The position numbers and the translations under genes were made by a program. The notes beneath the pieces are model-generated. The model was not told the origin of the DNA. It saw nothing but the letters and a program-made list of their open reading frames with translations, and ran no database searches. Below, one piece after another: positions 1 to 8,629 of a DNA stretch of 64,000 bases (its first letter is position 1; every line of letters begins with the position of its first letter). Source of the DNA: Anaerolineales bacterium (lineage in GTDB: Bacteria; Chloroflexota; Anaerolineae; Anaerolineales; Villigracilaceae); assembly GCA_016934715.1 (NCBI GenBank), contig JAFGSI010000011.1, forward strand, positions 2,227 through 66,226, in the 5' to 3' direction.

Positions 1-887
1 CGGTCGGGTCCCCAATCGGGAGCACTGCTCAAGGCCACGTACGCATAGCAGATCGAGACATTCAGGTTGTTATAGATCATCAGGCTGGCCACCGGCGGAG
101 GCTGGGTCCGCGTGGCGGTCGGCGTCGGCGGGGCGGCGACGACCGGCAGGTTGTTGACGTTGCCACGGGTCTCGCCGAGGGGGCCATACACCCAGCAGGT
201 TACCCCCTGCTTGACCACCTGGTACCAGAGACCCCATTCCGGCGCGCTGCGGCCGGTGATCTGCACCTCCTCCCCCTGGTTGATACCCGTCCGGATCGAG
301 TACGCGTTAGCCGGTCCAGAACGACAATTGGTGGGCTGACTGGCGATGAATGTTGGGATGGCAGGCGTAAAGGTCAGCGTCGGAGGCGGGATGGGCGTAT
401 TGGTCGGCGGCGGCGGGAAGGTATACGTGGGCAGCGGGGTGTAGGTGGGCTGCGCTTCCTGGGTCGGAGCGGGGGCCGCCGGCGGGGCGACGGCAGCGGT
501 CTGCGAGGCGGCCGGCAGGCGGATCACGAAATCACCCTGGTAGAAGAACAGGAAATAGGCTCCCACCCCCAACCCGACCATGCCCAGCAATGCCAGCAAG
601 ATGCCCAGGAAAATGCAGCCGACCTTGCTTCCCGGCCGATTCGCGGCCGGCGGAACCGCGTAGATGGCCGCCGGGGGTGAGGCGGGGATGCCCTGCAAGC
701 CCGCACCACAGGCCTCGCAAAAACGGGCCCCCGGCCGGATCTGTCCGCCGCAGTTGGGACAGAATCGGGCCGAGGGCGGGGGCGGGCCCGCTGCCGGGGA
801 GGAGATCACCTCCGGAAGCGTGGCGCCGCAATTCTCGCAGAACTTGATGTTGGGGCGATTCTCGAAACCACAGGCTGCGCATTTCAT
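1..887 (-). CDS. Membrane protein with N-terminal double zinc ribbon, one TM helix, Pro/Thr linker and SH3b-like region (C-terminus beyond window)
   Basis: My own translation from the ATG at 887-885 gives MKCAACGFENRPNIKFCENCGATL...ARFCPNCGGQIRPGARFCEACG, i.e. two CxxC..CxxC ribbons. This is followed by the hydrophobic stretch CIFLGILLALLGMVGLGVGAYFLFF, a PT-rich linker, and CRSGPANAYSIRTGINQGEEVQITGRS..WYQVV (SH3b-like). The frame stays open to base 1, so it is absent from the ORF track; the listed 532..882 ORF is a shifted frame. Confidence 0.7.
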   Translation of the reverse strand, partial: MKCAACGFENRPNIKFCENCGATLPEVISSPAAGPPPPSARFCPNCGGQIRPGARFCEACGAGLQGIPASPPAAIYAVPPAANRPGSKVGCIFLGILLALLGMVGLGVGAYFLFFYQGDFVIRLPAASQTAAVAPPAAPAPTQEAQPTYTPLPTYTFPPPPTNTPIPPPTLTFTPAIPTFIASQPTNCRSGPANAYSIRTGINQGEEVQITGRSAPEWGLWYQVVKQGVTCWVYGPLGETRGNVNNLPVVAAPPTPTATRTQPPPVASLMIYNNLNVSICYAYVALSSAPDWGPD

Positions 888-993
888 GGCATGCTCCTTC
901 AACAAGTTACAGCCCCTACGGTGTTGAAATTAATATAGCACACGCAGCAACCGAATACAATACACAAAAAACCGGTGATTGCCCATAACTCAC

Positions 994-1293
994 CTAGCGC
1001 CGAAAAGTTGATGTGGAAAAGGCTGAATTGCCAGCCAGGATAGAGTTGCCATACTTTTCGATCCGTTTCGCACCTGCCCAGCAGCTCGACTCCTGCCGGG
1101 GCGTGCTTTGCGCCATCGCAGCGATCACTGGCGTCTCTTGTGCCAGGATGCCGCGCACGGCCTCTGGCACCACCCGTCGCAGGCTTTCTTCCGGCAGCAA
1201 TTCAGTCATGGGCGAGAGAAACTTCTTCAACGTTTGGTCCAGTTCTTCGATCGGCATTTTGGCGAGGATGTCCATCAGCGGTATATTCAACAT
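994..1293 (-). CDS. Hypothetical small protein in a lower-GC patch; possibly the N-terminal remnant of a transposase-like gene
   Basis: I trimmed ORF 994..1371 to the ATG at 1293, which lies 7 nt downstream of AGGAGG. The product starts MLNIPLMDILAKMPIEELDQTLKKFL. I recognise no domain with confidence. Confidence 0.3.
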   Translation of the reverse strand: MLNIPLMDILAKMPIEELDQTLKKFLSPMTELLPEESLRRVVPEAVRGILAQETPVIAAMAQSTPRQESSCWAGAKRIEKYGNSILAGNSAFSTSTFRR

Positions 1294-1715
1294 GGCTCTG
1301 CCTCCTGGGTAAGGTTTGTGTGGTAACCAATTATTACCACAGTAGGCAGAGCTTTTGTTCTTTCTTCCCACTTATGGGTAATCACCAGCCAATATTTTCA
1401 TATTTTCACTTTTCGGTTGGCCAGGACCTGTGGTGAAAGTCATCCGAACGGGACTGCGGACTGGCATGTCATCGGCGCACTTTTTGCCAGGTCCCGCCGG
1501 AAAGCCCCGGCGTTCACGCCTGGGGATATCAGGCATCGGTGCGCAGCGCCGGATCTTGGGCCTTGCACGCTATGGCTCCAGGCCATAGAAAAGGGAGGCC
1601 TTCTTGATTTCCGGTCCATGATCCTTGTCCGCCCGCACAACTTCAACCCAGCATCCTGTTTTACCAGGACCCATTTTCTACGCCGCTGTCGGCCGATCGC
1701 GGAGGCAGGACTTTG

Positions 1716-1724
1716 TGGTATAAA
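1716..1724 (+). promoter_or_regulatory. Extended -10 element (TGgTATAAA) 8 nt upstream of the GT4 ATG; implies a leaderless transcript
   Basis: The sequence reads tgtggTATAAAgacctgcgATG. There is no Shine-Dalgarno sequence between the box and the start codon. Confidence 0.35.
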
Positions 1725-1732
1725 GACCTGCG

Positions 1733-2890
1733 ATGCGCATTCTCTTTGTCGCCGACGGGCGTTCCCCGATCGCCCTCAACTGGATCCGCTACTGGGCCGA
1801 GCGCGGGGATGAGGTCCACCTGGCCTCAACCTTCGCCTGCGCCCCCGATCTGGCCGTACGCAGTCTGGACCTGGTGCCGGTCGCCTTCAGCGGAGCCGGC
1901 TCCCGCTCCGCACCCGGCCGGAGCGGGGTCCTGCACAGCCCGCACACGGTTCTGCTGCGTGCGACCATCCGCCAGTGGCTCGGCATGCTGACCCTGCCGG
2001 GTGCCGCCCGCCACCTGCGGACGATCGTCGCACGCGTCCGGCCCGACCTGATCCACGCCATGCGCATCCCCTACGAGGGTATCCTGGCCGCCCGGAGCGG
2101 GACCCCGGTGCCGCTGGTCATCTCCAGCTGGGGAAACGACTTCACCCTGCACGCCCGCCTGTCGCCCTGGATCCAGCCCGCCATCCGCCAGACACTGCGC
2201 CGGGCTGCCGGCCTGCACAGCGACTGCCAGCGCGACCTGCGCCTGGCTCACATGTGGGGCCTGGCGGTCGACCGGCCGTCGCTGGTCGTTCCCGGCAACG
2301 GCGGCATCCATACCGAGATCTTCTATCCACCGGCCGAGCCGCCTGGAGAACCGGTGGTAGTCAACCCGCGCGGCTTCCGCGGTTACGTGCGCAACGACAC
2401 CTTCTTCAAATCCATCCCGCTGGTGCTGGCCCGCCAACCGCAAGTGCGCTTCCGCTGCGCGGGGATGGCCGGGCAGCCCGAGGCGCTCGACTGGCTGAAG
2501 CGCCTGGACGTGGAAGCGGCCGTCGAACTGCTGCCTCCCCGGCCGCACGCCGGCATGGCCGACGTCTTCCGCAGTGCCCAGGTGGCCGTCTCTCCAAGCA
2601 CCCACGACGGCACCCCCAATACCCTGCTTGAAGCGATGGCCTGCGGCTGCTTCCCGGTGGCCGGCGACCTCGAATCGATCCGCGAATGGATCGTCCCCGG
2701 CGAGAACGGCCTGTTGATCGACCCGGCCGATCCACAGGCCCTGGCCCAGGCCATCCTGAACGCCCTGGACGATGCCGGCCTGCGCCAGGAGGCGTTAAAA
2801 AAGAACGCCCGCCTGATCGCCAGGCGCGCCGAATATCGACGCTGCATGGCACAGGCGGAGACGTTCTATCGTCAGATCGTGGGCAACTGA
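1733..2890 (+). CDS. Glycosyltransferase family 4 (GT-B, glycosyl transferase group 1)
   Basis: 385 aa. The N-terminus MRILFVADGRSP and the C-terminal motif STHDGTPNTLLEAMACGCFPVAGDLESIREWI are typical of the GT4 EX7E region. Confidence 0.8.
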   Translation: MRILFVADGRSPIALNWIRYWAERGDEVHLASTFACAPDLAVRSLDLVPVAFSGAGSRSAPGRSGVLHSPHTVLLRATIRQWLGMLTLPGAARHLRTIVARVRPDLIHAMRIPYEGILAARSGTPVPLVISSWGNDFTLHARLSPWIQPAIRQTLRRAAGLHSDCQRDLRLAHMWGLAVDRPSLVVPGNGGIHTEIFYPPAEPPGEPVVVNPRGFRGYVRNDTFFKSIPLVLARQPQVRFRCAGMAGQPEALDWLKRLDVEAAVELLPPRPHAGMADVFRSAQVAVSPSTHDGTPNTLLEAMACGCFPVAGDLESIREWIVPGENGLLIDPADPQALAQAILNALDDAGLRQEALKKNARLIARRAEYRRCMAQAETFYRQIVGN

Positions 2891-3106
2891 TCAGGCTTTG
2901 GGAGCCCGCAGAGTATCCAGGCGCTCCTGGAGTTCGATCCGCTTGGAGGAGACCGCCTGGCGAACTTCGCTGCCAAAGGTCGTGGCCCGGTCACGGATCT
3001 GGCCGCGCAGTTCGGCACCTGATTCAGGGGTATACAGTAGGGCCAGGGTCGCACCGACCAGACCGCCAACCAATGCGCCGATAATGAAGCCTAGAGTCTT
3101 TCTCAT
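2891..3106 (-). CDS. YtxH domain-containing small membrane/stress protein
   Basis: 71 aa. MRKTLGFIIGALVGGLVGATLALLYTPESGAELR is the classic YtxH N-terminal motif. Confidence 0.75.
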   Translation of the reverse strand: MRKTLGFIIGALVGGLVGATLALLYTPESGAELRGQIRDRATTFGSEVRQAVSSKRIELQERLDTLRAPKA

Positions 3107-3339
3107 TTTATGACCTCCTCGTCTATGTGAGAGTAAGAACGCATATTCCTGTCCTTATTATAGAGCAAAATGAGACCCGCGGGAAGATTGCCATGGCCTT
3201 CGTTCTGTGGAATAATGGGGAAAGCCGCGCGTATCCACCAGAACGCCACGGCGGGACCATTATCTTTTCCAGCGAGGCTCGTCCGGGCCCCAGGGGGGCA
3301 TCCGTCCGGAACGGCCCCTACCTATTGACGGAGGGTACC

Positions 3340-4224
3340 TTGTCCACGCTTTCCCCTGACGCGCATTCCACATCGGAGCGCAAGAAGATCACCATCCTGG
3401 CCCTGCGCCAGATGAAGGCCCGCGGCGAGCGGATCAGCATGCTGACGGCCTACGACTACCCCACTGCCCAGGCCGTCGATCAGGCCGGGCTGGAGGTCAT
3501 CCTGGTCGGCGATTCGCTCGGGATGGTCGTCCTGGGCTACGAGAACACCCTGCCGGTCACGATGGACGAGATGCTGCACCACTGCCGGGCCGTGCGGCGC
3601 GGGGCCCATGCCGCCCTGCTGGTCGGCGACATGCCCTTCCTGTCCTACCAGGTGTCGGACGAGGAGGCCCTCCGCAACGCCGGGCGCTTCCTGCAGGAGG
3701 CCGGCATGGACGCTGTCAAGCTCGAGGGCGGAGGCAAGCGCAGTGAGACCATCCAGCGCATCGTGGCGGCCGGGATCCCGGTCATGGGCCACCTCGGCCT
3801 GACCCCCCAGTCGGTCCACCAGCTGGGCGGGTTCCGCCCACAGGCCCGCACCGCCGCCGCCGCCCGGCGCCTGGTCGAGGACGCCCGGCTGCTCGAACAG
3901 GTCGGCTGCTTCAGCCTGGTGCTCGAATCGGTCCCCCGCCAGCTGGCGGCATTGATCACCCGCCAGCTGTCCATCCCGACCCTTGGGATCGGCGCCGGAG
4001 CGGAGTGCGATGGGCAGGTGCTGGTCGTCCACGACCTGCTCGGCCTGTTCGAACGCTTCACCCCCCGTTTTGCCAAGCAGTACGCCGGCCTGCACGCCGA
4101 AATGCAGCGCGCCTTCGGCGAATACCTGGCCGAGGTCCGGGAGGGGACCTTCCCGGGACCCGAGCATGCCATCGACATGGCGGACGACGAATGGGCCGCC
4201 CTGCAGGACCTGTTGCGGGAATGA
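3340..4224 (+). CDS. panB: 3-methyl-2-oxobutanoate hydroxymethyltransferase
   Basis: Contains ISMLTAYDYPTAQAVDQAGLEVILVGDSLGMVVLGYENTLPVTMDEM, a strong PanB signature. The ORF opens at 3127, but an in-frame TTG at 3340 follows GGAGGG by 4 nt and gives a typical ~294 aa length. The start is uncertain. Confidence 0.9.
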   Translation: MSTLSPDAHSTSERKKITILALRQMKARGERISMLTAYDYPTAQAVDQAGLEVILVGDSLGMVVLGYENTLPVTMDEMLHHCRAVRRGAHAALLVGDMPFLSYQVSDEEALRNAGRFLQEAGMDAVKLEGGGKRSETIQRIVAAGIPVMGHLGLTPQSVHQLGGFRPQARTAAAARRLVEDARLLEQVGCFSLVLESVPRQLAALITRQLSIPTLGIGAGAECDGQVLVVHDLLGLFERFTPRFAKQYAGLHAEMQRAFGEYLAEVREGTFPGPEHAIDMADDEWAALQDLLRE

Positions 4225-4230
4225 CGGCCG

Positions 4231-5154
4231 ATGAGCGAAATCCTGATCGTCGGCAGCGGAGCCCTGGCAACCCTGTTCGCCGCCCGGTTGGGAGCCGCCG
4301 GGAACGACATCACTCTGCTGGGCAGTTGGGCGCAGGCCCTGGAGGCCCTGAACAATGGGGGAGCGCAGCTGGAGGGGCGGCCCGCGGTACGGGTGCGGGC
4401 CAGCGCGGACCCGGCCGAGTTCCGCGGCGCCCACCAGGCCCTGGTGCTTGTCAAGGCCTGGCAGACCGAACGGGCCGCCGCCCAACTGGCCGAATGCCTG
4501 GCCCCTGACGGACTGGCCGTCAGCCTGCAGAACGGGTTGGGCAACCGGGAGATCCTGGCCAGCTGCCTCGGCCCGCAGCGCGCGACCGCCGGCGTGACCA
4601 CCGGTGGAGCAACCCTGCTTGGGCCGGGACTGGTCCGCCCGGGCGGCGAGGGGATCCTTTCGCTGGAAGCCCACCCGCGCCTGGATTCGCTTGTATCCGC
4701 CCTGCGGGCAGCCGGCTTCCCGGTCCAGGCAGTGGTCGACGCCGTGCCGCTGATCTGGGGGAAGCTGGTCATCAACGCCGCCATCAACCCCCTGACCGCC
4801 CTGCTGCGCCGACCCAACGGCGCCCTGCTCGCCAGCCAGGAAACCCGCCAGTGGATGGGAAATCTGGCCCGCGAGGCTGCCGCAGTTGCCACCGCACTGG
4901 GGATTCGGCTGCCCTACGATGATCCCCCGCAGGCGGTCGAAGAGGTCGCCCGCCAGACGGCCAAAAATCTCTCGTCGATGCTGCAGGATGTCCTGCGCGG
5001 CGCCCCAACCGAGATCGAGGCCATCAACGGCGCAGTCGTCCGCCTGGGAGCAGAGGCCGGGGTCGCAACCCCGCTCAACCGGATCGTCTGGCAGCGGATC
5101 CGCGACCTCAGCCCGAATGCCAACTTTCTTCCCCCAAATTGTCAGGCATGGTAA
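4231..5154 (+). CDS. panE: 2-dehydropantoate 2-reductase (ketopantoate reductase)
   Basis: 307 aa. Has the Rossmann N-terminus ILIVGSGALATLFAARLG and the ApbA/PanE C-terminal SSMLQDVLRGAPTEIEAINGAVV. It lies immediately downstream of panB. Confidence 0.85.
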   Translation: MSEILIVGSGALATLFAARLGAAGNDITLLGSWAQALEALNNGGAQLEGRPAVRVRASADPAEFRGAHQALVLVKAWQTERAAAQLAECLAPDGLAVSLQNGLGNREILASCLGPQRATAGVTTGGATLLGPGLVRPGGEGILSLEAHPRLDSLVSALRAAGFPVQAVVDAVPLIWGKLVINAAINPLTALLRRPNGALLASQETRQWMGNLAREAAAVATALGIRLPYDDPPQAVEEVARQTAKNLSSMLQDVLRGAPTEIEAINGAVVRLGAEAGVATPLNRIVWQRIRDLSPNANFLPPNCQAW

Positions 5155-5185
5155 GATATAACCAGACTCGATCCGGAGGTGATGG

Positions 5186-6112
5186 ATGCGAAAGATTCTC
5201 GTGGTGCTGGCGCTGCTGACGGGGCTGCTGGTCCCGGCCGGGGCACAGGCCCAGGCGGAGGTTTCCTTCAGCAGCGTCGTGGTGCAGTTGTGGCCGGAAT
5301 ATGACCAGCCAGCCATGCTGGTCATCTATGACTTCATGCTCTCCCCAGACATGCCCCTGCCGACAGTTTTGACTATACGCATTCCGGCTGCGGCCGGCCA
5401 GCCCTTCGTGGTGGCAATCGGCCCGACCCCGGCAACCGTCGCCGACCAGGACGTGATCTACGAGACCTCCCCCGCCGGCGACTGGATCGAAGTGGCGATC
5501 AACATCCCGAACGGCAATCTTGCCGTGCGCCTGGAATACTACGACCCGGACCTCGCCAGGGACGGCGCCGCCCGGCACTACCTCTACACCTGGCCTGGCG
5601 ACCACGCTGCCACCTCGTTCCACGTCAGCTTCCAGGTCCCGGTCGGCGCGACCAGCTTGCAACTCTCCCCGGCCCTGCCTGACGTGGCCAGCGGCAACAA
5701 CCAGCTGACTTACTATGAAGGCGAACTCGGCCCACTGGCCGCCGGCCAGACATACACTCTGAGCGTAGATTACCAGAAGAACAGCAACGCCCTGAGCATC
5801 TCGGGGGCCTCGGTCCAACCGGCCGCACCGCTGGATGGAGATACACCCGGGCGCCTTTCGCTGCCCGAGATCCTGCCCTGGGTGCTGGGCATCCTGGGCC
5901 TGCTGCTGATCATCGGCGGGGTGATCCTGATCGGATCCTGGCAGGGTGGCAAACGGAACAGATCCGGGCGGCCCAAACACCGACCTTCCCGCCGCGCGGC
6001 GGAGACCGAGGCCGACGGCGGCCCGATCTACTGTCCGCAGTGCGGCAAGCGCGCACAACCGAACGACGCCTTCTGCCGGACCTGCGGCTCGCGCCTGCGG
6101 CGCGGCGAATAG
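5186..6112 (+). CDS. Secreted/membrane-anchored hypothetical protein with C-terminal cytoplasmic zinc ribbon
   Basis: Signal peptide MRKILVVLALLTGLLVPAGAQAQA, a late TM segment ILPWVLGILGLLLIIGGVILIG, and a C-terminal IYCPQCGKRAQPNDAFCRTCGSRL. Confidence 0.6.
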   Translation: MRKILVVLALLTGLLVPAGAQAQAEVSFSSVVVQLWPEYDQPAMLVIYDFMLSPDMPLPTVLTIRIPAAAGQPFVVAIGPTPATVADQDVIYETSPAGDWIEVAINIPNGNLAVRLEYYDPDLARDGAARHYLYTWPGDHAATSFHVSFQVPVGATSLQLSPALPDVASGNNQLTYYEGELGPLAAGQTYTLSVDYQKNSNALSISGASVQPAAPLDGDTPGRLSLPEILPWVLGILGLLLIIGGVILIGSWQGGKRNRSGRPKHRPSRRAAETEADGGPIYCPQCGKRAQPNDAFCRTCGSRLRRGE

Positions 6113-6145
6113 GCCCCTTCCCCGGCCTGGTCTCGAACAGCGGTC

Positions 6146-7660
6146 ATGACCATTCCTCCGATCATCCTGATCTATTTCTTCTACGGCCTGGCCTTCTTCA
6201 GCATGGGACTGCTGGTACTGGTCGAGGGGGGGCGGGCCCTCGACGCCCGCCTGCGGCGAGCGCTGCGCCCGCTGGCCGCCTTCGGCCTGGTCCACGCACT
6301 GCACGAATGGCTGGAGATGTTCGAGGCGATCGCCAGCCTGGACGGCGATCCCCTGCCCGACTGGCTTTTCGGTGTCCGGCTGGCCATGCTGGCCTTTTCA
6401 TTCCTGTCCCTGGGCGCCTTCGGCAGCTACCTGCTGGCAGTCTCGCGCCAGGCCTGGCGCCTGAGCCTGCTGGCGCCGCTCGGGCTGGAGGCTGTCTGGG
6501 TCTTTGGCATCCTGCTGTTGAAGAACCGCTACCCGATCCCCGACCTTTGGACAGTCGCCGACGTCTGGACCCGCTACGCCCTGGCGATCCCCAGCGCCCT
6601 GTTGGCCGCCGTCGGACTGGTCATGCAGCAGCGGGTCTTCCGCCGGGCCGGGCTGGCGACCTTTGGCCGCGATGCCCTGTGGGCAGCCGTCGCCCTGGGC
6701 TGGTACGGGTTGGTCGGCCAGATCTTCGTCCGGGCCTCGGCCCTGCCCCCCTCGAACGTGCTCAACGAGGAGCTGTTCCTGCAAATGTTTGGCATCCCGG
6801 TGCAGCTCTTCCGGGCGGTGGTGGCCGTGCTGGCCTCGGTGTTCATCATGCGCTTCCTGCGCGCTTTCCAGGTCGAGATCGACGGCCAGATTGCCCGCCT
6901 GCAGGAGGAAAAGCTCAGGGAAGCCGAACAGCGCGAGGCCCTGCGCGGCGAGATGGTCAAGCGGGTCATCGACGCCCAGGAATCTGAACGCCAGCGCATC
7001 GCCCGCGAGCTGCACGACGAAACCGGCCAGGCGCTGACCGCCATCGGCCTGGGCCTGCGCGGCCTGACGACCGCACTGCAGAGTGCCCGGCCCCGCAAGG
7101 GGACTGCAGGTCCGTCGCGCGCCGACCAGACCCTGCACCAGCTCCAGAACCTGACCGCCCATTCGCTGACCGAACTGCAGCGCCTGATCGCCGACCTGCG
7201 CCCCTCGCACCTCGACGACCTGGGCCTGCACTCAGCCCTGCGCTGGTACAGCCACGACCTGGGCGAACGGGCCGCAATCAAGGTCGAGGTGGAGTTCAAG
7301 GGCGAGGAACGCGAGCTCCCACCGCAGGTCAAGACCGCCCTGTTCCGCATCTCCCAGGAGGCCCTGACCAATGCCGTCAAACACGCCCTGGCCGATCATG
7401 TCCGGGTCACCCTGTACTACGCCCCCGAGACGGTCTCCTTGCGCATCACCGACGATGGCCAGGGCTTCGATCTGCCGGCTGCCCGCTTGAGCCAGCGTAT
7501 CTCGTGGGGATTAAAAAACATGGAGGAACGGGCCACCCTGCTGGGCGGCCGGTTCACGATCCGTTCGCGGCCCGGCCAGGGCACGACCGTGGAGATCAGC
7601 ATCCCCATCCAGGCCCCACAGGAGGAGAACGATGACGATCCGTCTGCTGCTGGTGGATGA
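6146..7660 (+). CDS. Sensor histidine kinase (HisKA_3/NarX-type) with polytopic N-terminal membrane sensor domain
   Basis: Multiple TM segments are followed by a coiled coil. The H-box is ERQRIARELHDETGQ and the HATPase_c region is DDGQGF...GLKNMEERATLLGG. It is a paralogue of the kinase at 18668..20209. Confidence 0.85.
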   Translation: MTIPPIILIYFFYGLAFFSMGLLVLVEGGRALDARLRRALRPLAAFGLVHALHEWLEMFEAIASLDGDPLPDWLFGVRLAMLAFSFLSLGAFGSYLLAVSRQAWRLSLLAPLGLEAVWVFGILLLKNRYPIPDLWTVADVWTRYALAIPSALLAAVGLVMQQRVFRRAGLATFGRDALWAAVALGWYGLVGQIFVRASALPPSNVLNEELFLQMFGIPVQLFRAVVAVLASVFIMRFLRAFQVEIDGQIARLQEEKLREAEQREALRGEMVKRVIDAQESERQRIARELHDETGQALTAIGLGLRGLTTALQSARPRKGTAGPSRADQTLHQLQNLTAHSLTELQRLIADLRPSHLDDLGLHSALRWYSHDLGERAAIKVEVEFKGEERELPPQVKTALFRISQEALTNAVKHALADHVRVTLYYAPETVSLRITDDGQGFDLPAARLSQRISWGLKNMEERATLLGGRFTIRSRPGQGTTVEISIPIQAPQEENDDDPSAAGG

Positions 7661-8282
7661 CCACCAGGTAGTGCGTTCGGGCCTGCGCATGCTGCTGGCC
7701 AGCGAGAGCGACGTCGAGATCACCTGCGAGGCCGGGACGGCCAGGGAAGCCATCGCCGCCGTGGAAAACTGCCGCCCCGACGTGGTCCTGATGGACATCG
7801 GCCTGCCCGATATGTCGGGCATCGCGGCCACCCGGGCGATCAAGAGCGCCCACCCGGAGGTGGCCGTGGTGGCCCTGACGATCCACGAGGACGAGGAGTA
7901 TTTCTTCAAGATGCTCGAGGCCGGAGCCGGCGGCTACGTCCCCAAGCGAGCCGCGCCGGAGGAGCTGCTGACCGCCATCCGGGCCGCGGCCCGGGGCGAG
8001 GTCTACCTCTACCCGTCGATGGCCAAGCTGCTGGTCAAGGACTTCCTGGCCCAGGAGCGCCCGGAGGAGGGTGTGACTTCGCTCGATGGCCTGACCGATC
8101 GCGAGCAGGAGGTTCTGCGCCATGTGGCCGAGGGCGCCACCAACGACGAGATCGCCGAGATTCTGGTCATCAGCCCGAAAACGGTCGCCCGGCACCGCGA
8201 GAACATCCTGCAGAAACTCAGCCTGCACTCGCGGGCCGAACTGGTGCGTTACGCCATCCGGAAGGGGATCATCAAGGCCTAG
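7632..8282 (+). CDS. Response regulator, NarL/LuxR family
   Basis: Receiver domain IRLLLVDDHQVV...DVVLMDIGLPDMSG plus a LuxR HTH, LTDREQEVLRHVAEGATNDEIAEILVISPKTVARHRENILQKL. It overlaps the end of the kinase gene. Confidence 0.9.
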   Translation: MTIRLLLVDDHQVVRSGLRMLLASESDVEITCEAGTAREAIAAVENCRPDVVLMDIGLPDMSGIAATRAIKSAHPEVAVVALTIHEDEEYFFKMLEAGAGGYVPKRAAPEELLTAIRAAARGEVYLYPSMAKLLVKDFLAQERPEEGVTSLDGLTDREQEVLRHVAEGATNDEIAEILVISPKTVARHRENILQKLSLHSRAELVRYAIRKGIIKA

Positions 8283-8299
8283 CTCCTCGAATCACCTTT

Positions 8300-8319
8300 A
8301 TTGGGTAGATTTACCCAAT
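8300..8319. promoter_or_regulatory. Perfect 8-4-8 palindrome ATTGGGTA-gatt-TACCCAAT; candidate response-regulator operator
   Basis: Read directly from the sequence, 18 nt downstream of the RR stop. The half-site TACCCAA resembles the NarL heptamer TACYYMT. Related ATTGGGC copies lie at 8324-8330 and 8425-8431. Confidence 0.4.
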
Positions 8320-8343
8320 TTTGATTGGGCATCTTTTCACAAT

Positions 8344-8379
8344 CTCCGGACCCACAGGTAGGGTCCGGAGAGTATTTTT
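8344..8379 (+). terminator. Rho-independent terminator after the first two-component operon
   Basis: A 10-bp stem (ctccggaccc / gggtccggag) with a 7-nt loop, followed by agtattttt. Confidence 0.7.
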
Positions 8380-8503
8380 CCTCCGACAGAAGTTGAAACG
8401 TGGGCTGCGGCTCCCACGGCAAAGATTGGGCACCCGCCGAATTGTCTGCGCAGGACGGATCCCGTACACTATAAGTGAAAATCATAACGAAAGGAGCGCT
8501 GCC

Positions 8504-8623
8504 ATGGAAAGCACACTGATGGTCATCCTATTCACGATCGTCCGCCTGGGGGTCCCGATCGGCCTGCTGCTGGCCATCGGGGAGGCGATCCGCCGCCGCA
8601 ACCGCAAGAGCAGCCTTGTGTGA
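8504..8623 (+). CDS. 39-aa single-TM peptide (MESTL paralogue 1)
   Basis: AAGGAG sits 7 nt upstream of the ATG. The product is MESTLMVILFTIVRLGVPIGLLLAIGEAIRRRNRKSSLV. Its first 15 nt are nearly identical to the start of the next gene. Confidence 0.5.
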   Translation: MESTLMVILFTIVRLGVPIGLLLAIGEAIRRRNRKSSLV

Positions 8624-8629
8624 GACAGT

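Noticed and set aside
1417-1812. 131-aa ORF upstream of and overlapping the GT4 start
   Set aside because: It has no RBS, overlaps the promoter and start of the glycosyltransferase gene, and has Arg/Cys-rich non-protein-like composition.
3322-5325. 667-aa ORF on the minus strand across panB-panE
   Set aside because: It is antisense to two genes with strong family signatures. The product is Gly/Arg/Ala/Pro-rich and low in complexity, which is typical of shadow ORFs in GC-rich DNA.
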